A model generated the notes under the pieces. It did no database searches and was not told the DNA's origin. It saw nothing but the letters and a program-made list of their open reading frames with translations. A stretch of DNA of 64,000 nucleotides, taken from positions 20,023-84,022 of the forward strand of contig CAZIYT010000007.1 in NCBI GenBank assembly GCA_964543545.1, written 5' to 3'. How positions within the stretch are numbered: the stretch's first letter is position 1; every line of letters begins with the position of its first letter. Positions 37,291 through 45,022 of the stretch are shown piece by piece. The translations under genes were made by a program, and so were the position numbers. The DNA comes from an uncultured Flavobacterium sp. GTDB taxonomy: Bacteria > Bacteroidota > Bacteroidia > B-17B0 > Aurantibacillaceae.

Positions 37291-39348
37291 TTAATAAACT
37301 TCCTGACTGTGTTTAGCATCGAGCTCTCTTCCGAAGTCAAAATCTGCCCATTTGGTAAACCAGCACTTTCTGTAATTTATTATTTTTAATTGCAAATTAA
37401 CATCAATGACGGCATGTAAAGATAGAATTTCTTTTTTAAAATCAAGATCAAGATAGGGGCAAGTTAACAAATCAAAAAGTAAAAAAATTAATTCTGCAGA
37501 CTTCCCTCTGTTTTTTTCCCCCGCCTCGTTAAATCTCTTTTTTATATGTACTAGAAGAAAATTCCTTAAAGTAAAGTATCTAACTTTGTTTTTCATATAG
37601 AAAAGCAAAACAACTATTGAGAAATAGTTTAAGGAACCATTGAAATATAAATCGCCGGCGTCATTTTTTTCGATGCACATATATTGTCTTAATGCTTCAC
37701 TATCAAGCCAGTATTCTTTTCCTAGCTCCCCCATAGCGATCAACAAATATAGTGTCTCCACTTGAGCATGTTCAACAGATTTATTTTTTTGAATTATAAA
37801 ATATAGATTATCATATATCTTTTTGAAGACTAAATGTTTAAAATCAATATTTATCAAATTGTTGGAATTTAAAAATTCCGTTAGTCTTCTTAATATTCTG
37901 CACAATTTTATTGTTGTATTAACTCTTGGGGAAACTGAATAAAGAAAAAAAGTGAAATCCAGAATTTCTAAACAGGCTTTTGTAAATGCTTTCTCTGACT
38001 TATTATCAAGGGTAAATTCTTGGTAATTTTTGATGATTTTTTTGAATTTTCGCTCAATCAAAGTCAACGAATAATTTAGCACATCCTTGTATTCGATAGA
38101 TGTCTCTTTAATAATGGTTTTAAATTTTGTAATCAATCTATTAGAACTCACGTATATTGAGCCAAATTTTTCATTTTCAGATTCTAAATCCTTTTCATTT
38201 TCAAGCTCACTTTTGTTATCCTCTATTTTATAAGCTAGATGCTTATTTAATAAATCAGTAATTTTTTGTTTTGCTATTGTTATTTCCGTGATAATTGGTT
38301 TCTCATAAATTACTGTTTTCTCGTCATTTAAATACAGTTTATATTCTCTTAGCTGTAATCGGAAGTTTTTTAGAATTAAATCTTTCGTTCGTTCATCATT
38401 ATAGAATACAAAAAAATCATCTACGTATCTAAAAATCTCATAGTCTACTTTATGCTTAAGATTCTCCTGATCTCTTAATATGAATTCAATATTTCTGTCA
38501 ATTTTTTGTAGTATAACCTCTGCAAATAATCTGGAAAATTCGGGGCCAATTATAATGCCGTTTGTTTCGCCAAAATTCAAATCTTGCATTAAAGAATCAA
38601 ACTTTCCTCCAAATGTTCCTTTAGAAAGGGGGATATTCTCTTTAATAATTTCTTTATTAAATAATGCCCATGATATTGAATGCGAATAAATACTGTCGAA
38701 ACATTTAGAAATATCAAACTTCAATAGTTTGTTATACTTTTTCTCACACCGATGATATTTATAGGATTCATAAAATTTATGAATATTGCTGTAATTTTTA
38801 TATACAAAAAATGTCTTTAAGCTTTCATATTCTTTATTTTCTTCTTCAAGAATACCATCCGAATTCTCAGCAAGATTCTCTTTATGAGTTTTATCTTTAT
38901 GAAATATAAATTTTGCAATCTTTTCTGCTCTTCTAATTGAGAAAGGACTTAGTTTACAATGATGTAAAATTAGTTGTTTGTTGTTTTCATAAAATTCCAC
39001 TAAAGCAAGTTGGTTTTTTGGATGAATAACGGTTAGCTGCCTAAAGTCATTCTGTTTATGGGAAATTTTATAGTTAAAAGGGATAGTTTTCAATCCTTTA
39101 CCCTTATCTAATATCGAGTGGTTTGAAATAATTGGGCCAGGAATATCAAAAATAAGTCGTATTATCTCATTTAATGTTGGATCGCTTACTTCCCAATTAA
39201 TTGTGTGGTTTTTTAATTCTATTTTATTCTTAGTCAAGAAATCATAAAAGTGTCGATTAGAATATGTAACAGGTATCTCATAAGGTAGTACATCTGACAG
39301 TATTACTCTTTCCTTTTTATATTTTATAACTCGTTTATTCTTCTTCAT
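37291..39348 (-). CDS. Reverse transcriptase with long helical C-terminal extension; second gene of the two-RT module (Drt3b/UG8-like by architecture)
   Basis: 685 aa. KFDISKCFDSIYSH (motif A), GIIIGPEFSRLFAEVILQKID (motif B), IFRYVDDFFVFY (motif C, YVDD), LNDEKTVIYE (motif D), then ~330 aa helical. Very AT-rich. Confidence 0.85.
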   Translation of the reverse strand: MKKNKRVIKYKKERVILSDVLPYEIPVTYSNRHFYDFLTKNKIELKNHTINWEVSDPTLNEIIRLIFDIPGPIISNHSILDKGKGLKTIPFNYKISHKQNDFRQLTVIHPKNQLALVEFYENNKQLILHHCKLSPFSIRRAEKIAKFIFHKDKTHKENLAENSDGILEEENKEYESLKTFFVYKNYSNIHKFYESYKYHRCEKKYNKLLKFDISKCFDSIYSHSISWALFNKEIIKENIPLSKGTFGGKFDSLMQDLNFGETNGIIIGPEFSRLFAEVILQKIDRNIEFILRDQENLKHKVDYEIFRYVDDFFVFYNDERTKDLILKNFRLQLREYKLYLNDEKTVIYEKPIITEITIAKQKITDLLNKHLAYKIEDNKSELENEKDLESENEKFGSIYVSSNRLITKFKTIIKETSIEYKDVLNYSLTLIERKFKKIIKNYQEFTLDNKSEKAFTKACLEILDFTFFLYSVSPRVNTTIKLCRILRRLTEFLNSNNLINIDFKHLVFKKIYDNLYFIIQKNKSVEHAQVETLYLLIAMGELGKEYWLDSEALRQYMCIEKNDAGDLYFNGSLNYFSIVVLLFYMKNKVRYFTLRNFLLVHIKKRFNEAGEKNRGKSAELIFLLFDLLTCPYLDLDFKKEILSLHAVIDVNLQLKIINYRKCWFTKWADFDFGRELDAKHSQEVY

Positions 39349-39352
39349 ACAA

Positions 39353-40690
39353 CTATTTCCAGATTTCTATAATTTGTGATAGCTCATTGGTTGTAAAGGG
39401 TGAAAATCTTTTCTCACTAAATCCGTCTTTAAATTTGTATCTAGATAATCGCGTAATTAATTGTGGTTTAGTAATTTTTGATGAAATTTTATAGGCTAAA
39501 TAGCTATCTAATCCAATTAAATCTGAGACATCTGTCAATAAACTGTTAGAATAAAAAACTCCTACAAGAATATTTCTTTTGTTATTCAATAATCTAGTGT
39601 TACCGGTTAAAAATTTAAGTCTTTTTATTAAAATTTTTCGAGCATTTTTTTCATCGATTATAGCATGAGTTAAATAAGAACTAAGAGTTAAGTCAATTCT
39701 CTTTTTATACCTATTAATTTTTTTTGTGGTAAGCTTTAATTTAATAGGGTTACTGCCAAATTCAATTTTATATCCTAAATATTCTATAGTTACAGAAGAT
39801 GAAGATACAGTATGATCGATTTCAATAGTTTTATGAGAATTAAGAGGCAGGAAATGCTTTGTAGTCACAACATCTTTTATTTGATCTAAATATTTTTTAT
39901 CCTCAGTAATAGTATCTGGAGTAAAGATTATAATAATATCATCGACATAGCGTGCATAATAAGTGACATTTGGTAAAGATTTAATATGATTATCAATATC
40001 TCGCATATATAGCTCAGCCAAATATGCGCTTACACCTATACCTCTTGGAACTCCCTTATCTGTGCCTGATAATTGTTTATATGTATTAAGTATTTGTGAT
40101 ATAAGCCTTTTTGAATAAAAGGTTAATAGATTTTCTTCGTTTAATTTTTTAAGTAAATTGTTATGAGGTATGTTCTCGTAAAATTCTTCTATGTCTGTCC
40201 TGATAATATATTTAGGGAAATTATCTGCAAGTAATCCTTTTACTTGACTGACTATTGAAAATCTACTCGACTGCTTAACTTTATAAAGCTTTCTGAAATT
40301 GTATTGTATCTGCTTTAATGAAAAGAAATTTTCTGGTTTATCCTCGATAATGTAGACTGGCTTATCTAATAGTGTGTCGTTACGATTTAAGGAAATTCTA
40401 AATTTATCATTAACAACAATCTTACTTATTGTTTGCAGTTCCTCCTGTAGTTGTTGTTCCTTAACTTCTTTTAATTCGTTAATCTTGACATTGAGTTTTT
40501 TTCTTAAATCATCAAAAGCCTCATGGGATAACATTTTTTTACCTATCCTAATCTCTAAATTATGACGCTTAATTTGTTCTGTTATGCTTATTAAATTTGC
40601 AAAAAAGCGTCCCTCAAGGTAAATACCTTTTCTATTTTCATAATCTAATATGCGTCTAAAATTTTCAGTAGAGAAAGATTGATCTAACAT
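39353..40690 (-). CDS. Reverse transcriptase; first gene of the two-RT module (Drt3a/UG3-like by architecture)
   Basis: 445 aa. IIRTDIEEFYENIPH (motif A), GVPRGIGVSAYLAELYMRDID (motif B), YYARYVDDIIIIF (motif C, YVDD), LNSHKTIEI, IEYLGYKIEF. Its stop is 4 nt from the next start. Confidence 0.85.
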   Translation of the reverse strand: MLDQSFSTENFRRILDYENRKGIYLEGRFFANLISITEQIKRHNLEIRIGKKMLSHEAFDDLRKKLNVKINELKEVKEQQLQEELQTISKIVVNDKFRISLNRNDTLLDKPVYIIEDKPENFFSLKQIQYNFRKLYKVKQSSRFSIVSQVKGLLADNFPKYIIRTDIEEFYENIPHNNLLKKLNEENLLTFYSKRLISQILNTYKQLSGTDKGVPRGIGVSAYLAELYMRDIDNHIKSLPNVTYYARYVDDIIIIFTPDTITEDKKYLDQIKDVVTTKHFLPLNSHKTIEIDHTVSSSSVTIEYLGYKIEFGSNPIKLKLTTKKINRYKKRIDLTLSSYLTHAIIDEKNARKILIKRLKFLTGNTRLLNNKRNILVGVFYSNSLLTDVSDLIGLDSYLAYKISSKITKPQLITRLSRYKFKDGFSEKRFSPFTTNELSQIIEIWK

Positions 40691-40712
40691 TAGTATGATT
40701 TTCTATTTTTAT

Positions 40713-40720
40713 TAAATGTA
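40713..40720 (-). promoter_or_regulatory. Bacteroidota-type -7 box (TACATTTA) for the RT operon
   Basis: Near-consensus TAnnTTTG, 22 nt upstream of the ATG at 40690. Confidence 0.35.
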
Positions 40721-40735
40721 CATAATATCCCAAAA

Positions 40736-40764
40736 TAAAAAAGGGCGGTTTACCGCCCTTTTTA
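40736..40764. other. GC-rich hairpin with an A-run and a T-run (terminator-shaped) between divergent genes
   Basis: AAAAAAGGGCGG-TTTA-CCGCCCTTTTT. It lies between the RT operon start and the DUF3892 gene start, so it terminates neither. Confidence 0.6.
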
Positions 40765-40780
40765 TGTTGTGGCTATTCTC

Positions 40781-40788
40781 TACATTTG
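40781..40788 (+). promoter_or_regulatory. Bacteroidota-type -7 box (TACATTTG) for the DUF3892 gene
   Basis: Exact TAnnTTTG, 15 nt upstream of the ATG at 40804. Confidence 0.4.
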
Positions 40789-40803
40789 AATAAAAAATAA
40801 TTT

Positions 40804-41115
40804 ATGACGAAATGGGCAGATTACTTAATCTCAGAAGTGCAGTATGTTGAAACGGCTACAACAAAACACATTTCAAAAGTTAAGGTTCATACTGATTTAG
40901 GTGAATCGGTCGGTGGCAGTGTAACATGGTCTCGAGAAGACGTTGTGAATGCAATAGACTTAAACTCTACATTCATGACAATATTTAAAGGCGTGAATGG
41001 AAGCTTTAATAAAGGAGCTAAAGTCGAGAAGATTAAAATCAATAATGAGTGGTTTATTACAACAGAACCTGATAAAACAAAAAAAGATAATCTTGGTAAT
41101 TTACCGGAGTTTTAA
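40804..41115 (+). CDS. DUF3892-like small protein
   Basis: 103 aa. ADYLISEVQY...VKVH... and C-terminal TTEPDKTKKDNLGNLPEF resemble DUF3892. Identified from memory and not searched. Confidence 0.5.
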   Translation: MTKWADYLISEVQYVETATTKHISKVKVHTDLGESVGGSVTWSREDVVNAIDLNSTFMTIFKGVNGSFNKGAKVEKIKINNEWFITTEPDKTKKDNLGNLPEF

Positions 41116-41162
41116 CCTATGAGTGTTATTAATAATATGTCTTTCTAAAACAAATATATAGT

Positions 41163-41360
41163 ATGGCGCATACAATTAAATTGACAATGACTGTTCCTGA
41201 AATTAGTAAAATAGATACGTGTTATGAGATCAAACATAATGGTAGAAAGTTAGGAACTCTCAAAATATCCAAAGGGGGTATCGAATACTTACCTAAAGGG
41301 AATTCCAAAAACTCTATTAAAAAAACTTGGTTGCAATTTGATACTTTAATGTATGAATAG
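41163..41360 (+). CDS. Hypothetical 65-aa protein, co-oriented with the DUF3892 gene inside the AT-rich island
   Basis: MAHTIKLTMTVPEISKIDTCYEIKHNGRKLGTLKISKGGIEYLPKGNSKNSIKKTWLQFDTLMYE. AT-rich like the island. Confidence 0.45.
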   Translation: MAHTIKLTMTVPEISKIDTCYEIKHNGRKLGTLKISKGGIEYLPKGNSKNSIKKTWLQFDTLMYE

Positions 41361-41404
41361 TTTTCATTAAATACCCCACCCCGCAGTATTATAATCCAAC
41401 AGCA

Positions 41405-41719
41405 TCACCCCCGCTTCCTCCGATTTACCTCATTCCTATCGTAAAAATCCGGTTCTTTCTTCCGTACCCAAGCAATAAAGGTTTGCATATCGGGGTGGGC
41501 GCATACGGTGTTGGGGTCGTTGAATTCTTTTTCCAGCTCCTTTTCCGTCCAGATGGAGTGGATCTTCCGGTGGCAGATGCGGTGCAGGTATTCGCTGGCT
41601 TTGCCGCCGCGGCTTTTGGGAATGAAATGGTGCCGGTCGATGCTGTCGCCTTTCCATAGCTCACGCCCGCAGATGGGGCAGAGGCCTACCACAATGGGTT
41701 CGTTGGTTTCGCGCGGCAT
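41405..41719 (-). CDS. Small stand-alone HNH endonuclease
   Basis: CPICGRELWKGDSIDRHHFIPKSRGGKASEYLHRICHRKIH. Host-like G+C. Confidence 0.8.
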   Translation of the reverse strand: MPRETNEPIVVGLCPICGRELWKGDSIDRHHFIPKSRGGKASEYLHRICHRKIHSIWTEKELEKEFNDPNTVCAHPDMQTFIAWVRKKEPDFYDRNEVNRRKRG

Positions 41720-41864
41720 GATTATAAATTTACAAAAAACAGGCTTATCTTTTTTATTTCCGATACTTTTGAAGCCAAATTATCCAAAAGCTTTCATCTA
41801 CATAGATATAAACTTAAAAAAAGCAAAGGTGAATCACTTAATTTTAAATCCAAACACAGTAGAT

Positions 41865-42240
41865 GCAGCGCGTGGGCCGGGCAAAACGCGGCGCCAGGGA
41901 GGTGTGAATTTCAATTTTTATAGATTTGTCCGAAAAACCTTTAGTGTTTTTCGGCTAACAAATCATAAAAATTGAAAGAGCGCGTAGGGATCGTTTTGCC
42001 TTGATTTTTTTGTTTCTTTTTTCATCAAGGAAAAAAGAAATAGAGAAAATGAAAAAATAGAAAGGATGCTTTTTGCCTTGAGCCAACCCACATGCTGGCT
42101 CAAACATGCACTGCATGTTTACCCTGTTTCTTTTTTCATCAAGGAAAAAAGAATAAAGGAAGAATGAATTCGTTTTGCCTTGAGCTTCCCGCATGCTGGC
42201 CTACTTCCGGAGCCCTTGGCTCCGCTCAGTCACCGGTATA
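41865..42240. repeat. Patchwork of intergenic repeat modules and hairpins
   Basis: GTTTTGCCTTGA three times. TTTCTTTTTTCATCAAGGAAAAAAGAA twice. 12-bp inverted repeat TTTCAATTTTTA/TAAAAATTGAAA around hairpin CCGAAAAAC/GTTTTTCGG. GCGCCAGGGA and GCTCAGTCACC modules are shared with other loci. Confidence 0.6.
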
Positions 42241-42248
42241 GAAAAATA

Positions 42249-42827
42249 TCACTTCCTCCTCACATACTCCAGCTCCCCGCAATGAATCCTCAGGCGGCGC
42301 AGCAGCTCTTTGTTCTTTTCGGCAAGCTCGCCCTTCTCTGCCATCTCCGGTTTCTTAAAACTCCTGAGCTCCGCCTTCACGATCACCGTGTCGTGGAAAT
42401 AGTAGCGGTTATCGTCATCCGTCTCCATGGGCCAGCCACTCAGGTCGGTCACTCCGCTGGTATCCGTATGCTCCTTGCGGTAAGTCTCGAAGCGCTCGTA
42501 GTCCTCACCGGTCGAGAGCTTCCAGAAGGCCTGTACCTCCTGCACCATCAGCAGGCTGTCGTGGCGCAGGTAGTAGTGGTAGCTGCGGTAGCCGTGCTCC
42601 GCGCCATAAACGGTGCGGATGAGCACCAGCTCCAGGCCAGCGTAATAGCCCGTTACGGCGCCGCCGGGTGCCGACATATAATCCAGGCTTTTCGCGCTCA
42701 GCTCCCGGTGTTGCAGTTGAGCGTCGACCTGTTTTGCGTAGCGGTCGGCGGCCTCAGGCTTGCCTTTCTTCTGGCTGTATGCCAGGAGGGAGAGCAGGAG
42801 GCAGCCGGAAAAGATCAGGTATTTCAT
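42249..42827 (-). CDS. Hypothetical lipoprotein or secreted protein
   Basis: MKYLIFSGCLLLSLLAYSQ signal. 3 nt downstream of the preceding gene. Confidence 0.5.
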   Translation of the reverse strand: MKYLIFSGCLLLSLLAYSQKKGKPEAADRYAKQVDAQLQHRELSAKSLDYMSAPGGAVTGYYAGLELVLIRTVYGAEHGYRSYHYYLRHDSLLMVQEVQAFWKLSTGEDYERFETYRKEHTDTSGVTDLSGWPMETDDDNRYYFHDTVIVKAELRSFKKPEMAEKGELAEKNKELLRRLRIHCGELEYVRRK

Positions 42828-42830
42828 GGC

Positions 42831-43637
42831 TTAAGAAGTTGGTGGCGTCTCGCTTGTATTTCCCGGCTCCGGCGCGTTATCGCTCACAATGCGGGTATAG
42901 CTCACGTTGATGTTGAGCACCTCCTTCATGGGGATGATAAAATACTGTCCCGGAATCTGGGAGGTAGTTCCCGTATCGGTGGAGTAGAAGAGGGCCTTGT
43001 CGGTAGGGGCCGGTGTTGCCGTGAGCTGTTCCTTCCGGAGGTCGCGGCGTGTGGCGGCCTTGAGCACCAGGTATTCCAGGTCGTTGGTTTTTGGTTTGAA
43101 AAAATATTCCACCAGCAGGCCCGAATAAATGGTGGTGGTTTCCTTCGTGTTCGAAAGCACGTCGATCATGATAAAGTCGTATTCGATGGCTTCCGATTCT
43201 GCCGGCGAGTAGCCTTCAAACAGGGAGTACCACTCTGTGTGGTCGAGGCCCAGCAGGCGCTTCACCCAGTTGGTGCGCCGGTCGATGATGCCGAGCAGCG
43301 TGCCCAGCGCATAGCCGAAGCCCAGCGAAAACAAGGCATAGCAAAGGAAGTGGATGAGCAGGCGATGGAACACCGCATTGTTCAGCGGGAGGTCCTTATT
43401 GCCGATAATGAGGTTGTAGAGCACATCGTAGCGGATGGACGTAAAGTAGCCAACTACCAGCAAAAACAGCAGGTTGAAGAGAAGCGGCACCACGATAAAG
43501 AACCAGAACGAATCGCTCAGGCTTTGCCCCGCCATCAGGCCGCGCAGGTTTTCGTTGGCCCTGGTCACGCCCGGCTTGAAGGTAATAACGGAAGAGAGCA
43601 GTAAGATAATGATCAATGCCCCTAAAGCAATATTCAT
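42831..43637 (-). CDS. Hypothetical membrane protein (3-4 N-terminal TM segments plus a soluble C-terminal domain)
   Basis: MNIALGALIIILLLSSVITF..., FWFFIVVPLLFNLLFLLVVGYF. The 474-aa ORF on the opposite strand looks like a shadow. Confidence 0.5.
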   Translation of the reverse strand: MNIALGALIIILLLSSVITFKPGVTRANENLRGLMAGQSLSDSFWFFIVVPLLFNLLFLLVVGYFTSIRYDVLYNLIIGNKDLPLNNAVFHRLLIHFLCYALFSLGFGYALGTLLGIIDRRTNWVKRLLGLDHTEWYSLFEGYSPAESEAIEYDFIMIDVLSNTKETTTIYSGLLVEYFFKPKTNDLEYLVLKAATRRDLRKEQLTATPAPTDKALFYSTDTGTTSQIPGQYFIIPMKEVLNINVSYTRIVSDNAPEPGNTSETPPTS

Positions 43638-43670
43638 AGCTTAACGGATAATACAGATTAAACCAAAAAC

Positions 43671-43853
43671 TTATTTTGTGGTAGAACGGGAAATGAAAAC
43701 CTTGTACTTGGTATCTTCGTTGGGAGTTTCCACCGCGATGCTCTGGCCCGATGCAAAGGCATCGCTGTTGGATACGATCGCATTCACCACGGCATTCAAC
43801 AAGGTCGTGTCTTTCAGGATGCGGTGGCCTTCTTTGCTGATCTTAGGTTTCAT
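43671..43853 (-). CDS. Hypothetical 60-aa protein, first gene of a three-gene operon
   Basis: An exact TATATTTG -7 box (43861-43868, minus strand) lies immediately upstream. Confidence 0.4.
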   Translation of the reverse strand: MKPKISKEGHRILKDTTLLNAVVNAIVSNSDAFASGQSIAVETPNEDTKYKVFISRSTTK

Positions 43854-43987
43854 GATAGCACAAATATAGCGAAAAAATCACAGCTTCCGGCTACGATCCG
43901 TAGCAAAATAAAATGAAACCAACTATATTATGCAAATGGAGGACTGAGGAAATAATAGAACTAAACACAGGCACCTTAATGGCTTTG

Positions 43988-44240
43988 TTTTGGGCGCCCT
44001 GGCGGGCCATCGGGGCTCGCTCTTTCCTTGCCCTGCGGGACAAGCAAAGGAGCTCAAACAAACCCCTCTGTCCCTGGCGCACGATTCTCTCTTTCATAGG
44101 ACGCTAAACTCTTTGATGGAACGTAAAATGCGCCAGGGATCGCAGCGGAAATCCTTTTGCCCATGTTGAATCTATCTGTTGTACAAGCGTAATCCACTAT
44201 GGCAAAAGATTGGAGCATAGAGCCCGCCCGGGCGCCCAAA
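43988..44240. repeat. Family-1 composite element (reverse unit 43988-44080 plus forward unit 44130-44240)
   Basis: TTTTGGGCGCCCTGGCGGGCC...TCCCTGGCGC, then GCGCCAGGGATCGCAGCGGAAATCCTTTTGC...GCAAAAGATTGGAGCATAGAGCCCGCCCGGGCGCCCAAA. Confidence 0.8.
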
Positions 44241-44371
44241 TTAGTTAATAAGACAGCTGTTCAATCATGGTTCGCTTTTCAAATTTCGATCATGAAAGAA
44301 AACGATGGCACATGAATCATTTAAAATGGATCACCGGACACCAAAGCATATGAATGTTGAGGGCTCACTAC

Positions 44372-45004
44372 TCACATCTCATCACCCGCAACCCCCAGGA
44401 TCATCTCCTTCACCGTAAAATACTGCCGGATACGCAGGCTGCGCTCCCGGCGCCAGCCGCTGGAAATGTTGAGGCCAAACTGCTCCGCCACCTCCTTATA
44501 GTCCTTGTTGTTCATAAAGGCGCTCACCAGCTCGTGGTCGCTTTTTTTCCAGGAGTCCACATAATCCTCGTAGATAAAAAAGAGGTTATTGAGGTCGAGG
44601 CTCTGCTTCTCATTGCTCGTGACCACCAGGAAGCGGCTGTCGGTTTTTTTGATCTGGCTGAGCCTGTTGCGCGCGTCGATGAGGCCGAAGCCCAGGCGCT
44701 CATAAGCCAGGTGCTTGCTCTGCACGGTTTCGAGGGTATCGTGGTAGAGCACATGCTTCAGCTTGAAGTCGAGGCTGTTCTCGATGAGGCATTCCTCGAT
44801 ATCGAAGATCATGTTGAGGCTTCCCTCCAGGTTGTTGGTAATGCCCTGGAACTCACCCGGCACCACTATATCGAGGGGCGTAATGAGGTCTTTCCGGTGG
44901 ATCTTATTGATAATGCCTGCCACATTCTTCAGGTCTTTCTGAAAATCGGGCTGAGCGGCCTGCTTCGGGTCGCGGATCTCCGACATGAGGATGTAATGGT
45001 TCAT
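44372..45004 (-). CDS. Hypothetical protein (possibly SatD-like with a C-terminal HTH-like segment)
   Basis: 210 aa with natural composition, unlike its antisense ORF. ...YKEVAEQFGLNISSGWRRERSL... The family assignment is a weak guess. Confidence 0.4.
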   Translation of the reverse strand: MNHYILMSEIRDPKQAAQPDFQKDLKNVAGIINKIHRKDLITPLDIVVPGEFQGITNNLEGSLNMIFDIEECLIENSLDFKLKHVLYHDTLETVQSKHLAYERLGFGLIDARNRLSQIKKTDSRFLVVTSNEKQSLDLNNLFFIYEDYVDSWKKSDHELVSAFMNNKDYKEVAEQFGLNISSGWRRERSLRIRQYFTVKEMILGVAGDEM

Positions 45005-45022
45005 AAGCTTAAGTGTACGTGT

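Noticed and set aside
37291-40690. RT genes as group II intron ORFs, a retron or a DGR
   Set aside because: There is no maturase (X) or endonuclease domain, and no ribozyme-like structured flanks (the flanks are simple AT-rich DNA). I found no msr/msd-type inverted repeats next to a single ~300-aa RT. There is no template/variable repeat pair and no Avd-like gene. Two adjacent full-length RTs fit the UG/DRT class better. Profile searches are still needed.
37187-41400. Calling the AT-rich island an integrative or mobile element
   Set aside because: No integrase, transposase, recombinase or tRNA gene is present, and I could not find convincing flanking direct repeats. The best shared string is only about 7 nt (TTTCATT). 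Foreign origin is supported by composition alone.
42180-43604. 474-aa plus-strand ORF, the longest unannotated ORF in the track
   Set aside because: It is antisense to two well-formed minus-strand genes (42249-42827 and 42831-43637). Its Arg/Ala/Val/His/Gln-rich composition with no motifs is typical of a shadow ORF. The minus-strand products have a signal peptide and TM segments and are tightly spaced as an operon.
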